Both the position numbers and the translations under genes were made by a program. 64,000 bases of DNA from an uncultured Gammaproteobacteria bacterium (GTDB lineage: Bacteria; Patescibacteriota; Microgenomatia; 2-02-FULL-39-11): assembly GCA_964544585.1 (NCBI GenBank), contig CAZJBV010000001.1, forward strand, positions 119,717 to 183,716. The letters run 5' to 3'. This document shows positions 19,976-29,891 of this stretch, one piece after another. How positions within the stretch are numbered: position 1 is the first letter of the stretch; the number at the start of each line of letters is the position of its first letter. Under the pieces are notes generated by a model. That model saw only the letters and a program-made list of their open reading frames with translations. It ran no database searches and was not told the origin of the DNA.

Positions 19976-21010
19976 ATGAATACTGTAGAAGCAATCAACG
20001 CCTTAGCTCGACGGAAGAATGTATTTAAAACCTCAGATGTAATTCGGATACTTGGGGGTAATGTGTCGCGTCAATTTGTAAGTCGTATACTGCGAAATCT
20101 GGTTTCTGAAGGACAACTCGTTAAGGGCGGCTCTACAAAAAGTGCAATCTATGCCCTTCCCCAGAATGCTACTTTTTTAAGAATTGGAACGAGAAAAAGA
20201 CTATTAAATAAAAATCTTAAGGAACATGAAGTATGGGAGAATCTGAAGGAGCAAACTCCTTTAATCAATAACCTCCCAGAAAATATTCAAAGCATACTTG
20301 ATTATGCTTTTACGGAAATGCTTAATAATGCTATTGAACATTCCCACTCTGATTATATTGAGGTTGGATTGAAAGAGGAATCCCGCTTTATTCGCTTTAT
20401 CGTTAATGATTTTGGAATAGGAGTATTTAGAAGTGTGATGAAGAAGAGAAAACTCCATTCAGAGCTTGAGGCGCTACAGGATCTTCTCAAAGGTAAAGTT
20501 ACAACACAACCCCAATCGCACTCCGGGGAAGGAATTTTTTTTACATCTAAAGTAGCGGATATTTTCATATTAGAAAGCTTTGACTTAAGACTTCGGATAG
20601 ACAATACTATTTCTGACATTTTTGTTGAGGAACTTAAACCTAAAAAGAATGGTACTAGGGTAATTTTTAGTATTTCCAAAGAATCTATTAAGCATTTAAT
20701 AAATATTTTTCAAAAATATCAATCCACAAAAGATACCTATGCATTTGATAAAACTGAAGTTCATGTTCGTCTATATACAATGGGAACGATATATATATCG
20801 CGATCACAAGCTAGGCGTATACTAGCAGGTTTAGAAAAGTTTAAACTTGTAATATTGGATTTTGACCGTGTTCCAACTATCGGTCAAGCTTTTGCTGATG
20901 AAGTATTTCGAGTGTTTAGAAATTTGCATCCTGAAATAGAGATTCGGCCAATCCATTTGAATGAGGCAGTCCGGTTTATGATCGAAAGGGTTGAACATGA
21001 AAAATTATAG
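19976..21010 (+). CDS. HTH + HATPase_c + STAS-like (DUF4325) protein
   Basis: TEMLNNAIEHS, DFGIG, HSGEGIFFTSK, SRSQARR..LDF...GQAFADE. Confidence 0.85.
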   Translation: MNTVEAINALARRKNVFKTSDVIRILGGNVSRQFVSRILRNLVSEGQLVKGGSTKSAIYALPQNATFLRIGTRKRLLNKNLKEHEVWENLKEQTPLINNLPENIQSILDYAFTEMLNNAIEHSHSDYIEVGLKEESRFIRFIVNDFGIGVFRSVMKKRKLHSELEALQDLLKGKVTTQPQSHSGEGIFFTSKVADIFILESFDLRLRIDNTISDIFVEELKPKKNGTRVIFSISKESIKHLINIFQKYQSTKDTYAFDKTEVHVRLYTMGTIYISRSQARRILAGLEKFKLVILDFDRVPTIGQAFADEVFRVFRNLHPEIEIRPIHLNEAVRFMIERVEHEKL

Positions 21011-21767
21011 AGAATTTTCAGAAGAGATGGCCGGGAAGGCGGGGAAAATAATACGGGAGAATTTTTCGTTGGGGATGAAGAAGGAGTGGAAAAAAGATAA
21101 TACTCCGGTTACTATGACTGATAAGGAAATTAATCGCATGATTATAGAATCTGTTAGAGAAAATTTCCCTGATCATGGGGTTTTGGGAGAAGAAGAAAAA
21201 TATAAGATAGATTCTGAATATGTCTGGGTTTGTGATCCTGTCGATGGCACAATCCCATTTTCTCACGGAGTTCCACTTTCGACATTTTCACTTGCGCTTA
21301 CATTCAGAGGAGAAAGTATACTTGGTGTCATAGTCGATCCATTTATGAATAGAACTGTGATGGCCGAAAAGAATAAAGGCGTTTATCTAAATGGAAAAAA
21401 TATTCAAGTATCTAAAGCTGAATCTATTAAAAATGCAATTGTTGCAGTCGAATATATACCCAGTTTTCCTCACGATCTGCATCTCGTCAAAAATAAATTA
21501 ATAAAAAAAGGGGCTTATGCATACTCAATCTATTCTGTATCGTATTCGGGAATGATGATTGCCATGGGAGAGTTTTTAGGTGTTGTAAGCAGTGTAATTT
21601 CCCCATGGGATGGGGCGGCGGTGAAAATAATTGTTGAAGAAGCGGGAGGGAAAGTGACAGATCTTTTTGGTCAAGAGCAAGATTATACAAAAGAGATAAA
21701 GGGATTTATTGCGAGTAATGGAAAAGTACATGATATATTGTTAGAATTGTTGAGAAAAAATATTTAG
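20997..21767 (+). CDS. Inositol monophosphatase-family phosphatase
   Basis: GEE, WVCDPVDGT, PWD.AA..IV.EAGG. Confidence 0.9.
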   Translation: MKNYREFSEEMAGKAGKIIRENFSLGMKKEWKKDNTPVTMTDKEINRMIIESVRENFPDHGVLGEEEKYKIDSEYVWVCDPVDGTIPFSHGVPLSTFSLALTFRGESILGVIVDPFMNRTVMAEKNKGVYLNGKNIQVSKAESIKNAIVAVEYIPSFPHDLHLVKNKLIKKGAYAYSIYSVSYSGMMIAMGEFLGVVSSVISPWDGAAVKIIVEEAGGKVTDLFGQEQDYTKEIKGFIASNGKVHDILLELLRKNI

Positions 21768-21844
21768 TTTATAAAAATGGGTGGTGCATATTGCTTTTAC
21801 CGATGTGTCTAGCTTGTACACCCCGGGTGTGTGTATCACTTTTA

Positions 21845-22420
21845 TCAATTCTTGGCGCTTTTGGGGTCTTGAAGATCAGCGTATTTGTGCTCGTCTTTTC
21901 TCCATTCAAGTTCGAATGGTTTTTGGGGTTCATAGAGGGCGGCGAATTTTGCTGTTTCGTCGACCGGGAAATCGGTCGTGAGCATAAAATTTTCTATATC
22001 TTTGTCTTTGGCGGTTTTATAAAAAGGGGTGGCGGCGGCAAAAACCTCTTCCTTTTTTTCGGTAAGACTGGGGGTTACTAATATGCGATAAAAGTCTGAA
22101 TAATCGAGAATACGAGCAAATTCGTCGGCTCTCATTTCGGGATCAAATGTAATCCACGGATCATTCCAATATATTCTTTTTAAGGGAACATAAGAATGAA
22201 ATAATACCGGCATGATGATAAGGACATCATCGATGCGGAAGTCTTTGTTTTCGTATTCATTTCTAATCAAGCGAATATCCATGACAATTTCGGCGATTGT
22301 TTTTTGGAGAAGGTAAAATGGATGGATATGGACGATTTCTTCCTCCACTACAAGCGGAACCATGGCGATATAAGCTTTAGGGGGAAATTTAGGAATGCGA
22401 TAGCAATACTTCTTAAGCAT
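21845..22420 (-). CDS. Hypothetical protein
   Basis: Long ORF downstream of 22446-22706; start MLKKY chosen to avoid overlap. Confidence 0.6.
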   Translation of the reverse strand: MLKKYCYRIPKFPPKAYIAMVPLVVEEEIVHIHPFYLLQKTIAEIVMDIRLIRNEYENKDFRIDDVLIIMPVLFHSYVPLKRIYWNDPWITFDPEMRADEFARILDYSDFYRILVTPSLTEKKEEVFAAATPFYKTAKDKDIENFMLTTDFPVDETAKFAALYEPQKPFELEWRKDEHKYADLQDPKSAKN

Positions 22421-22445
22421 ATATGGAACTTTTGGCAAGTAATTT

Positions 22446-22706
22446 TTACTTCTTCCCAGATTTCTTGGAAGCCTCCCTGCTTGCTGGAGAGGCGGGCTTG
22501 GGTTTGTCTTCGAGCTCTTCATCGTCTGTGACAAGAATAGAAAAAAGGATAAAGCCGGCGAAGATGGGCATAATAAGAGTAAAGCGGGTTACTTCGTCGG
22601 GAACGACTATTAAAACTCCTATTGTTAAAACTATACCAACGACTGCTGCCCAAGTGATGAGTTTGTTATTTTTATAAAACTCTTTTAATTTCTTGTCCAT
22701 AACCAT
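22446..22706 (-). CDS. Small two-TM membrane protein
   Basis: Two hydrophobic helices and a charged tail. Confidence 0.65.
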   Translation of the reverse strand: MVMDKKLKEFYKNNKLITWAAVVGIVLTIGVLIVVPDEVTRFTLIMPIFAGFILFSILVTDDEELEDKPKPASPASREASKKSGKK

Positions 22707-22743
22707 CTTTATAGTAGGTGATCAATGATATAATTGTCAAGTT

Positions 22744-23613
22744 ATGAAATCAGGGTATGTGGCTCTTGTGGGTCGGCCAAATACAGGAAAATCAACTCTA
22801 CTAAACAATATTCTGCAACAAAAAGTGTCGATAACATCTCCTTTGCCGCAGACGACTAGATTTTCTATTCAGGCTGTGTATGAGGATGACCGAGGACAAA
22901 TTGTATTTATAGATACGCCTGGGATATTTGGAAAAGTTGAAGACCCTGTTTCGAAAGTGATTAATCCAAAGGCAGAGAAAACTCTTAAAGAGGGAGGTGT
23001 CGATGTGATTGTGTATTTAATAGATCACACCAGAGATCGCAGTTTTGAAGAGAATAAAATTCTGGGGATGGTGAGAAAGATTGCTAAACCAAAGATACTG
23101 GCTTTTAATAAATCTGATATCAAAGAACCGGACTTTTATCCCCATTATCGCTTTATGGAAGAAGAATTTGACAAAACAATCCATATATCGGCAATGTTTC
23201 GACACAATTTAAATTATCTATTGGATGCGATATTTGCTTATCTGCCAGAACGAAAGAAAAAACTAGTTGATACAACGGACCGCCCGACACCCCTTCTTAA
23301 TATGGATAGTAAGATGTATATCGCTGATATAATCCGGGAAAAAGCTTATTTATTTTTGCGGGATGAAGTACCGTATTCATTAATGACAAAAGTCGAAGAA
23401 GTGGAGACGAGGGAAAATGGAATGGTTTATATTAAAGCGTCAATTATTACTACCCAAGAAAAATATAAAAGTATGATTATCGGATATAAAGCCCGAATGA
23501 TTAAAGAAATCGGAATGGCGGCGAGAAAAGAGCTTGAGACCGCCACAAATAAAAAAGTCTTTGTCGACCTCACCGTCGAAGTCAATCCCCATTGGACGGA
23601 GGAGTTGGTTTAA
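22744..23613 (+). CDS. era: GTPase Era
   Basis: GRPNTGKS, PQTTR, DTPG, NKSD, KH domain. Confidence 0.95.
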   Translation: MKSGYVALVGRPNTGKSTLLNNILQQKVSITSPLPQTTRFSIQAVYEDDRGQIVFIDTPGIFGKVEDPVSKVINPKAEKTLKEGGVDVIVYLIDHTRDRSFEENKILGMVRKIAKPKILAFNKSDIKEPDFYPHYRFMEEEFDKTIHISAMFRHNLNYLLDAIFAYLPERKKKLVDTTDRPTPLLNMDSKMYIADIIREKAYLFLRDEVPYSLMTKVEEVETRENGMVYIKASIITTQEKYKSMIIGYKARMIKEIGMAARKELETATNKKVFVDLTVEVNPHWTEELV

Positions 23614-24443
23614 CTTTCACTAGATTTTCTCAAGAAAATATTAATACTGTTTGCGACTTCTTTTGGTTTTTCCCAGAAGGTCATGTGGCCAGCTTCCGGG
23701 ATGATTGAAATTTGAAGATTTCCGTTTTCTAAAGGCCTTGCATATTGTGGCGGTGCAACTTTGTCTTCTTTTCCATAAATAAGTAGTGTAGGTATATGAA
23801 GACTTCCTACTATTTCTTCTAAACTAGTACTACTGAATTCAACACCCATATCTATAAAGGCAGAAATTCTCATTTTTTTCTTTCCTTCTGTACCATAGGT
23901 ATCTACAAGAGTCTTATCAAATTTGTACATATTCATATATTTTGCCATAAAATATGCAAATTTTTTTGATACTACAATCCGTCGCAATATTTTTTGAGTA
24001 AAAACTGTTTTATCTAATGATCTTAGAGTTTTCCTTAAAAGAGAATTAGCTGAAAAATTGGTTCCTTTTTTTAACGGAGGACCGATAAGTATCAGTGATT
24101 TTACCAATTCTGGGAAGTTTTTTGCTGTCATGGATGCTACGAACGTACCCATAGAAAAACCCATAACCACAACGGGTGCAAGATTTAATAATTTAATGAA
24201 ATCTGCAATATAGAAAGATTGCTTTTTTAGTGTGTAGGTATGCAGGTCTCCCGAGTCTCCATATCCTGGTAAATCTATTAAATAAAGTTTATTATTTTTC
24301 TTTAGATGCTCGGCTAACGGTAACCATCCTTTCCAGTTGTTCGTCCATCCATGTATCAAAATTATTGGACTTCCGTAACCTACTGTTACAAAGTTTAGAA
24401 ATATTCCATCTATTCTAATTTTTTGCGGAGATATATTTTGCAT
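23610..24443 (-). CDS. Alpha/beta hydrolase
   Basis: HGW, DLPGYG, GFSMG, catalytic D and GH. Confidence 0.88.
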   Translation of the reverse strand: MQNISPQKIRIDGIFLNFVTVGYGSPIILIHGWTNNWKGWLPLAEHLKKNNKLYLIDLPGYGDSGDLHTYTLKKQSFYIADFIKLLNLAPVVVMGFSMGTFVASMTAKNFPELVKSLILIGPPLKKGTNFSANSLLRKTLRSLDKTVFTQKILRRIVVSKKFAYFMAKYMNMYKFDKTLVDTYGTEGKKKMRISAFIDMGVEFSSTSLEEIVGSLHIPTLLIYGKEDKVAPPQYARPLENGNLQISIIPEAGHMTFWEKPKEVANSINIFLRKSSES

Positions 24444-25003
24444 AGTTTCAATGCACGGGCTCTGTGACTGATTTTGTCTTTTTCTTTTTCTGAAGCTTCC
24501 CCAAATGTTTTTTCCAAATCATTACTCCAGAAGATGGGGTCGTAGCCGAAGCCGTTGAGACCTTCCATGTGGTCAAGTATTTTTCCTTTGGCTTCCCCAC
24601 GAAATAGTGATACCTTTTTGGTTGTCTTATCGTAAGCGGCTACTACTGCAACATATTTTGCGGATCTTTTGTTTGGTGGAATTTTTTTGATTTTTTTTAT
24701 GATAACATCGATTCGATCTTGATCCGAACCTTCTGTATGACGAGCAGATTTTATTCCTGGCCAACCTGCGAGCGTATCAATTTCGAGTCCCGAATCTTCA
24801 CCAAGAGTCAAAAGTCCTGACTTCTCGCCTATTGATTTAGCTTTTAATATGGCGTTTTCTTTGTAAGTTTTTCCTGTTTCGGCAATATCATCTTTTATGC
24901 CAATATCCGAAAGTGTTTTTATCTCGTAGGAAATATCTTTTAAAATATTTTTAATTTCTCTAATTTTTCCTTTGTTCCGGGTGGCGAGGAGGAGGATTTT
25001 CAT
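24410..25003 (-). CDS. rdgB: Non-canonical purine NTP pyrophosphatase
   Basis: ATRNKGK, ENA..KA, DSGL, GFGYDPIF, SHR. Confidence 0.95.
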   Translation of the reverse strand: MKILLLATRNKGKIREIKNILKDISYEIKTLSDIGIKDDIAETGKTYKENAILKAKSIGEKSGLLTLGEDSGLEIDTLAGWPGIKSARHTEGSDQDRIDVIIKKIKKIPPNKRSAKYVAVVAAYDKTTKKVSLFRGEAKGKILDHMEGLNGFGYDPIFWSNDLEKTFGEASEKEKDKISHRARALKLCKIYLRKKLE

Positions 25004-26400
25004 GAAGGTAATGATTGCAGGCGTTTTACAACCTCACCCTTGCCTAATATTTCCATAGACTCATTTAAGGGTGGAGAGATTTTTTTGCCGGTGATGGCTA
25101 CTCGGACTGCCATAAAAAAGTCGCTACTTTTGTAGCCCTCTTTGGCGACGAGGTCTTGCATTGCTTGGCCGATAGACGGGGCTGTCCAATTGTTTATCCG
25201 CTCTAAAGATTTGACTAATTGGGCTAATTGGTCTTTTTTGGAAGAAAGATCGATTTCACGTTTTTCGGGGCGGCGGAAGAAAAATTCACACAGAGGTAGA
25301 TAGTCTGATAATTTTTTAATACGCTCCTGAATTAATGGAATCGTCTTTTCGACAATATTTTGGTCATATTTTTTTCCAATAAAGTCTGTAATTTTAAATT
25401 TTAAATTTTCAATTTTGAATTTGCGTATGTATTCTCCATTCATCCATTCAAGTTTCTTAAGATCAAATGCTGGACCAATTGGCTTAACATCCTCGAGTCT
25501 AAAATTTTTTATCATTTCGGAGAGAGTAAATATCTCTCTTCCATCGGGCATAGACCAACCCATGAGGGCAAGAAAATTTAATATGGCTTCGGGGAAAAAA
25601 CCTTGCTCTATATACCATGATGCCCAAACGGGATTTTTTCTTTTTGAGAGCTTGCTTTTGTCGGGATTACGCAAAATCGGTCCATGGGCAAAAATGGGGA
25701 GAGGCCAGCCTAAAAATTTGTAGATGAGAATATGTTTGGGAGTTGAAGAAATCCATTCTTCAGCACGGATGACGTGGGTAATTTTCATAAGATAATCATC
25801 GACAACGACGCCAAGATGATAGGTTGGGTAGCCGTCGGATTTTAAGAGTACCTGATCGTCTATTAATTTATTTTCGAATGTTATTTTGCCGCGGATGACG
25901 TCGGTAAAATCTGTTGTTCCTGAATCAGGAACGTTGAGGCGGATGACGTGTTTAGTATTAGGTTGTAGGTTGTAGGTTGTAGGTTGTAGGTTTTTACAGT
26001 GGCCGTCGTACATGGGAGGCAATCCTTTTGCGGCTTGGTCTTTTCTCATTTGTTCTAATCTTTCCGGTGTACAAATGCAATAATAGGCATGACCTTTTTG
26101 TACTAACTCTTCGGCGTATTTTTTATAAAAATCTAGTCTTTCTGATTGCCTATATGGAGCATAGGGTCCGCCTATATCCGGACCTTCATCATAATCTAGG
26201 CCAAACCAATGAAGAGAAGTTAAGATCCTTTCCTCTCCCCCTTTTACTAATCTTGTTCTATCTGTATCTTCGATTCTGACGATAAATTTTCCTTTATTTT
26301 TTTGGGCAAAAACGTAATTTAAGAGCGCTGTATAGACATTTCCGATATGAAGATCTTCTCCGGTTGGGGAAGGGGCGATGCGAACACGAACAGCATGCAT
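25000..26400 (-). CDS. gltX: Glutamate--tRNA ligase
   Basis: RIAPSPTG, HIGN, RIEDTD, KLSKR; start MHAVRV. Confidence 0.96.
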   Translation of the reverse strand: MHAVRVRIAPSPTGEDLHIGNVYTALLNYVFAQKNKGKFIVRIEDTDRTRLVKGGEERILTSLHWFGLDYDEGPDIGGPYAPYRQSERLDFYKKYAEELVQKGHAYYCICTPERLEQMRKDQAAKGLPPMYDGHCKNLQPTTYNLQPNTKHVIRLNVPDSGTTDFTDVIRGKITFENKLIDDQVLLKSDGYPTYHLGVVVDDYLMKITHVIRAEEWISSTPKHILIYKFLGWPLPIFAHGPILRNPDKSKLSKRKNPVWASWYIEQGFFPEAILNFLALMGWSMPDGREIFTLSEMIKNFRLEDVKPIGPAFDLKKLEWMNGEYIRKFKIENLKFKITDFIGKKYDQNIVEKTIPLIQERIKKLSDYLPLCEFFFRRPEKREIDLSSKKDQLAQLVKSLERINNWTAPSIGQAMQDLVAKEGYKSSDFFMAVRVAITGKKISPPLNESMEILGKGEVVKRLQSLPS

Positions 26401-26442
26401 AGACCGTTTGATAATAGCATAGGGACTTACTATACTCAATGT

Positions 26443-27507
26443 ATGGCGACACTTACTGAAGTATCAGTGATAACAAGAAAATTGATTATGTGGATTGTGA
26501 TTGGAATTGTAGCTTATTTTATCCTGCGCGTCGTATTTTCCTTTGCCGTATCTTATTGGCAAAGTTTAAATCCGGTAGAGGAGGCTCCACCTACTGTAAT
26601 CTTTGGGCCCATACCTCCTCCGCAATTTCTAGATACACTGTCTAAAACTGCGGGGCTTAATCTTAATCTTTTGACGATTGAGGGTGGACCACAAGAGGCG
26701 ACGTCTACTGGTAAGGTGTATTTCATGCCAAAAAAACTCCCTTCTCTTTTGACTTCTAAGCGGGCACGAGAAACTGCTGGAAGATTGAAATTTAGTGTCG
26801 AGCCGGCAATTGTATCATATACATTATATCGCTTCAGTGAGGGGAATAGGACTTTGGAACTGGATACGGTGAATAATAATTTTGTTTATACTTATAGATA
26901 TCAATCTGATGATTCCTTTTTTTCCCAAAATACTGCAATAGAGACGAATAAAGCCTTGTCTTTGACGACGGCATTTTTCCAATCGGCCGGAATTGTTGAC
27001 AGTTCTATTTATGCTAAAAATAATGTGGTCCTTTTATCGTATTCGAAAGAGACGGATATATTTACGCCGACTACAAATATGGAGGTAGCAAATGCTGCCA
27101 GGGTAAATTATTTCCGTGCCGATGTAGACGGCCTTGCCCTTTTGCCTCCTGAATATAATTTAAGTTATATATACGCTGTTGTATCTCCCAGTAATGATGA
27201 AAGTAAAAAAATTATCCGGGCGGAGTATAAATTCTGGCCGATTGATTTTAATAATTTTGGCACTTATCCACTCCGGACGTCGCTGTCTTCCTGGGAAGAT
27301 ATAAAAGAAGGACGCGGAGTGGTGGCAACATTTGGGCAAAATCCAAAAGAGGGAGAGATTATCATCCGGAAGGTATATTTGGCTTATTACGACAGCGGCA
27401 TGCCCGAAAACTACCTCCAGCCAATATTTGTGTTTGAGGGAGACAATGGCTTTATAGCCTATACCTCTGCTATAGATCCGCAGTATCTTACTCTACCGGA
27501 GAACTAG
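26443..27507 (+). CDS. Membrane-anchored hypothetical protein
   Basis: N-terminal TM, YLQPIFVFEG C-terminus; start MATLTE. Confidence 0.75.
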   Translation: MATLTEVSVITRKLIMWIVIGIVAYFILRVVFSFAVSYWQSLNPVEEAPPTVIFGPIPPPQFLDTLSKTAGLNLNLLTIEGGPQEATSTGKVYFMPKKLPSLLTSKRARETAGRLKFSVEPAIVSYTLYRFSEGNRTLELDTVNNNFVYTYRYQSDDSFFSQNTAIETNKALSLTTAFFQSAGIVDSSIYAKNNVVLLSYSKETDIFTPTTNMEVANAARVNYFRADVDGLALLPPEYNLSYIYAVVSPSNDESKKIIRAEYKFWPIDFNNFGTYPLRTSLSSWEDIKEGRGVVATFGQNPKEGEIIIRKVYLAYYDSGMPENYLQPIFVFEGDNGFIAYTSAIDPQYLTLPEN

Positions 27508-28453
27508 CTCCATTTACCCAGGTATGATTATTAAAGACCCAGTTGATGAGATTTGCTGTTTCGCCGAAGCGGTCTTGACTTTTGAGAAGAACGACTAGAA
27601 TTGCGGTATTGTTTCTTTTGACTAGTGTCACAAGGCATTCTTCCGCATTTTCGGTAAAACCTGTTTTTATGCCGGCAACTCCGGGAATGCCTCCTAATAA
27701 TTGATTTACATTGTGAAGTTCATGAAAGTAAGTATATGAAGTATCCGAAACTGTGATGGAGCGGGTGGCGACAATTTTTCCGATATTTTTATTTTGAAGA
27801 GCCAATTTTGCCAGGCTCGCTAGCTCTTTTGCGGTGGTATAGTGATTTGTATCGTCAAAACCCATGGGGTTGGTGAAGCGGGTATTTATAAGGCTTAAAG
27901 TGGCGGCTTTTTGATTCATGGCTTCGATAAATTTGGTAATTCCGCCGGGGTAGTTTTCGGCAATTGTCAGGGAAGCGTCATTTGCCGAGGCAACCAGGAG
28001 TCCGTATAAAAGAGACTCGAAGGTGATTTTTTCACCGACTCTAAGACCCATCGAAGCCTCACGGGGGTCGATCTTATTGACAGTCAGGATGTCTTCTAGC
28101 TTAAAATAGTCAAAGGCTACAAGGGCGGTGACTATTTTGGTGGTGGAAGCCGGAGAAAGGCGAATGTCGGGATTTTTTTGATAGAGAATAGTACCCGATG
28201 GCAGGTCTAAAACGTATACTCCTTCGGCCGTAAGATAGGGGGCGGGAATATTTCTGGTGTTTTGGGGGTAGGGGGTGGGAGTGGCAGCGATTTTTATCTC
28301 TTCTGGTTGATATTGATCGTTTGAAATTGAGTATTCATATAACTTAAACCCTGGGAAAAGTGCCAAAAGAAAAGCAAAAAGGGCGATTTTAAGAGAAAGT
28401 AAAATATATCTTGAGTGAAAACTCTTGTCGGCTCTCTTTTTATTTTTTTTCAT
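27488..28453 (-). CDS. D-alanyl-D-alanine carboxypeptidase (S11)
   Basis: ASTTK, SAN, KTG motifs. Confidence 0.92.
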   Translation of the reverse strand: MKKNKKRADKSFHSRYILLSLKIALFAFLLALFPGFKLYEYSISNDQYQPEEIKIAATPTPYPQNTRNIPAPYLTAEGVYVLDLPSGTILYQKNPDIRLSPASTTKIVTALVAFDYFKLEDILTVNKIDPREASMGLRVGEKITFESLLYGLLVASANDASLTIAENYPGGITKFIEAMNQKAATLSLINTRFTNPMGFDDTNHYTTAKELASLAKLALQNKNIGKIVATRSITVSDTSYTYFHELHNVNQLLGGIPGVAGIKTGFTENAEECLVTLVKRNNTAILVVLLKSQDRFGETANLINWVFNNHTWVNGASSPVE

Positions 28454-29841
28454 CGCAATTTGATGCCTAATTCTTTTAACTGTTCATCATTAACTTTGCT
28501 GGGCGCATCCATGACAGAAATCTGGCCTCCAGCTGAAGCTGGGAAAGCCATGACTTCACGGACGCTTGGTTCACCTAAAACGGCCATGAGAAAGCGATCG
28601 ATTCCGGGGGCAATGCCGCCGTGAGGAGGAACCCCATATCTGAATGCAGCTAGCATGTGGGTGAACTGCTTTTTTTGGTCTTCTGTAAAACCAATAAGGG
28701 AAAATACTTTTTCCTGAATCTTGGGATCGTGGATTCTAATACTTCCTCCGCCGATTTCAAAACCATTGAGGACGAGGTCATGCTGGAGGCCACGGACTTT
28801 GAGGGGATCGGTATCCAGTAAGGGGATATCGTCAGAATGAGGGGCGGTAAACATGTGATGTGAAGGAGCAAACTTTGCTTGTCCTGAGCCGTAATAGAAA
28901 TCTTCTTTTGTTTGCTCCTTAAAAAGGGGAAAATCGATGGTCCAGGAAAAAGCTAGTTCGTTTGGATCACTTTTATTTTTTCTTAGATCGGGTTTGTCTG
29001 TGCCATATTTTTTTTGGACCTCGTTATGAGAAAGTCGCGGAAAAGGAATTTGGGTAATAGCTTTTTGGGGAAAATATTTTTTAACTATGCCTATATAAAG
29101 CTCCTCGGTTAAATTTAATATGTCTTCTTGGGTAACAAAAGACATTTCCAAATCGAGTTGAGTAAATTCTCCATAGGCTCTGTCTTTTCGCGGATCTTCG
29201 TCTCGGAAACACCGGGCTATTTGGAAATATCGCTCGAAACCGGCAACCATGAGAAGCTGTTTGTATTGTTGGGGGGATTGGGGCAGGGCGTAGAATTTAC
29301 CATTTTGGAGTCTGGATGGAACCAGAAAATCGCGCGCACCTTCTGGTGTAGTCTTGGTCAAAATGGGCGTTTCGATTTCGACAAAGTCTCTTTCGAGGAG
29401 AAAACTTCTGATAAAGGAAACTACTTTTGAGCGAATTCTCATATTTTTTGCCATTCGGGGTCGGCGAAGATCGAGGTAGCGATACTTCATCCGTAATTCT
29501 TCGTCGATATTGTAGCCATCATTATCAATCGGAAAAGGCAGATCTATTGCATGGGAGATAATTTCTATTTTTGAGGCTTCGACTTCGACTGAGCCTGTCG
29601 CTATTTTAGGATTAACCAGTTTTTCGGGGCGTTTTTTAACTGTGCCTATGATTTTTACTACGTCTTCGTTTCTAATTGAGCCTATTAAATCTTGCCTGAC
29701 AACGACCTGGATAATGCCGGTTCTGTCTCTAAGATCAATGAAGACTATTTTGCCGTGATCTCTTCTTGTTTCTACCCAACCTAAAAGCATGATTTCCTCA
29801 CCAATTTTTTTTAGTGTTTCGGCAGTGAGTGTTCTTGACAT
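28450..29841 (-). CDS. aspS: Aspartate--tRNA ligase (short, no GAD insert)
   Basis: RDHG, YRYLDLR, TPEGARDF, LPQSPQ, PPHGG. Confidence 0.95.
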   Translation of the reverse strand: MSRTLTAETLKKIGEEIMLLGWVETRRDHGKIVFIDLRDRTGIIQVVVRQDLIGSIRNEDVVKIIGTVKKRPEKLVNPKIATGSVEVEASKIEIISHAIDLPFPIDNDGYNIDEELRMKYRYLDLRRPRMAKNMRIRSKVVSFIRSFLLERDFVEIETPILTKTTPEGARDFLVPSRLQNGKFYALPQSPQQYKQLLMVAGFERYFQIARCFRDEDPRKDRAYGEFTQLDLEMSFVTQEDILNLTEELYIGIVKKYFPQKAITQIPFPRLSHNEVQKKYGTDKPDLRKNKSDPNELAFSWTIDFPLFKEQTKEDFYYGSGQAKFAPSHHMFTAPHSDDIPLLDTDPLKVRGLQHDLVLNGFEIGGGSIRIHDPKIQEKVFSLIGFTEDQKKQFTHMLAAFRYGVPPHGGIAPGIDRFLMAVLGEPSVREVMAFPASAGGQISVMDAPSKVNDEQLKELGIKLR

Positions 29842-29855
29842 ATGATTCCTTTCTT

Positions 29856-29891
29856 AGGGTCAGACCTTTAATGCGTTGAAGGTCTGACCCT
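29856..29891. repeat. AGGGTCAGACCTT...AAGGTCTGACCCT palindrome
   Basis: 13 bp perfect arms; overlaps the aminotransferase 3' end. Confidence 0.75.
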
